64,000 bases of DNA, taken from assembly GCA_034780895.1 (NCBI GenBank), contig JAUZTB010000042.1, positions 17,625,390 to 17,689,389 of the forward strand, read 5' to 3'. Shown piece by piece: positions 63,480 through 64,000 of this stretch. Each line of letters begins with the position of its first letter. Position 1 is the first letter of the stretch. The notes beneath the pieces are model-generated. The model was not told the DNA's origin. It worked only from the letters and a program-made list of their open reading frames with translations, and searched no databases. The DNA comes from Rhynchobatus australiae (Eukaryota). Made by a program: the position numbers and the translations under genes.

Positions 63480-64000
63480 GACAGAGGAGGTAATAAAGAG
63501 AAGTTTGGCAGAGTTCAAAGTAGAAAACTCACCAAGTCTGAATGTAATATGTCTTGGGTTTCTGGGAATTAAAGGTTGAAAATGCAGAGGCTCTGGCCAC
63601 AGTCTTCCTTTAGATATGAGTGTGATGCCAAAGGGTGAGGGGAACTGTAAATGTGGCACAATGTTCAAGGGCAAAAACAGTAACTGAAGGCCAGTCAATC
63701 TAAAACCAATGGATGGGGAAACTTTCAGAGATACTAACCTGGAACAAAATTAAATGACCCTTGGAAAAATACAGCTGAATGAGTGAAAAGTAGCATGTCT
63801 GTACTAAAGGCAAATGGTACTTGACTGACTGATTTGAGTTCTTGGATGTAATGGAGATCATCAATCGTGTTAATATGTGGACTTCTGAAGAATATTTGAT
63901 AAAATACCACACAATAGATTTGTTAACTAATTTGATACCCATGGCATTAAAGGGTTACACATGACAAAAACTGGATAACAGGCAGAATGTGGAGAACAAT
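63480..64000 (+). mobile_element. Degraded CR1 ORF2 fragment
   Basis: KGKWYLTD*FEFL and YVDF*RIFDKIPHNRFV (CLTNLIEFF, YMDFQKAFDKVPH.RL). Confidence 0.75.

Overview
Eukaryotic vertebrate genomic DNA from a gapped short-read-style assembly. The repeat families (CR1, L2, RTE, Rex/Babar, V-SINE, Deu-type SINE, Harbinger) point to a cartilaginous fish, probably a ray or sawfish (inference). One protein-coding exon is firmly recognisable: the terminal exon of ERC1/ELKS (11628-11765, +, ...HCPDILELVVNALEESS*), followed by a repeat-free 3' UTR of about 2 kb. A broad CpG-rich domain (about 34.8-45.3 kb) contains a GC-rich promoter/leader ending in ATG CAG|GTGAGT. By synteny and exon architecture this is probably exon 1 of a WNT5 gene, but no WNT5 exon 2 is visible. 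The rest is intronic or intergenic: decayed transposons (including a two-gene Harbinger fossil and a 1.8-kb TIR element carrying an internal ~176-bp fold-back), candidate enhancer-like blocks, a strong CTCF motif and assembly gaps. Most ORFs in the track are spurious. I do not see a convincing novel multi-gene system. The best leads are the fold-back element, the WNT5 first-exon architecture and the ERC 3' end structures. Repeat boundaries were read by eye and are approximate.
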